A stretch of DNA of 64,000 bases from Haliotis rufescens (Eukaryota), in NCBI RefSeq assembly GCF_023055435.1, contig NW_025963868.1, forward strand, positions 15,438,001 through 15,502,000. Direction: 5' to 3'. Both the position numbers and the translations under genes were made by a program. Positions 63,752 to 64,000 of this stretch are shown in pieces; within the stretch, counting starts at the first letter, position 1, and every line of letters starts with the position of its first letter. The notes beneath the pieces were generated by a model. It was not told the DNA's origin and ran no database searches. It saw only the letters and a program-made list of their open reading frames with translations.

Positions 63752-63817
63752 CTATCGTGGTCAAGAGGGGATATTGCTTTACCGCGAGAAAGCGATGTCC
63801 CCTCTCGGCCACCATAG
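63752..63817. mobile_element. Minimal MITE of the same TIR family
   Basis: ctatcgtggtcaagagggga...tcccctctcggccaccatag. Confidence 0.6.
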
Positions 63818-64000
63818 TTTATATACATTTTGTGTGAAAGGGCATTTAGATACCTGATTTTGAACAATCAAGCATTCTTCAGTGTCATGGTGGAATTAAC
63901 GATCGATAAATGTCATAATTCATTAATAACTTCATTACAGTGAATGTATTGATCATAGTGAAATTGCGAACTCTACATGCACAAAACCAATACCATGAAC

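Overview
AT-rich, repeat-dense metazoan DNA with spliceosomal introns. The SINE and TE content suggests a mollusc, possibly a gastropod such as abalone (inference). There are two main systems. (1) A tandem + strand cluster of four intact type-I membrane genes (A-D), each with a single V-like Ig domain, at 10.4-49.6 kb, plus the last exon of an upstream membrane gene. All introns are phase 1. Genes B, C and D have near-identical Ig exons joined to three unrelated stalk/TM/tail modules: a multi-tyrosine tail shared with gene A, an ITSM-bearing tail, and a short tyrosine-free tail. This resembles a paired-receptor, exon-shuffled immune receptor family. (2) A 6.8-kb internally deleted Polinton/Maverick-like endogenous virus (55310-62098) with AGTAGT...ACTACT ends, ~230-bp TIRs and a TSD. 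It retains a truncated major capsid gene, two tandem minor-capsid-like genes and several membrane-associated ORFs, but no polymerase, integrase, ATPase or protease. The remainder is SINEs, decayed LINE/Tc1/Penelope/Crypton fragments, MITEs, minisatellites and two assembly gaps. Gene models were read manually and have no transcript support.
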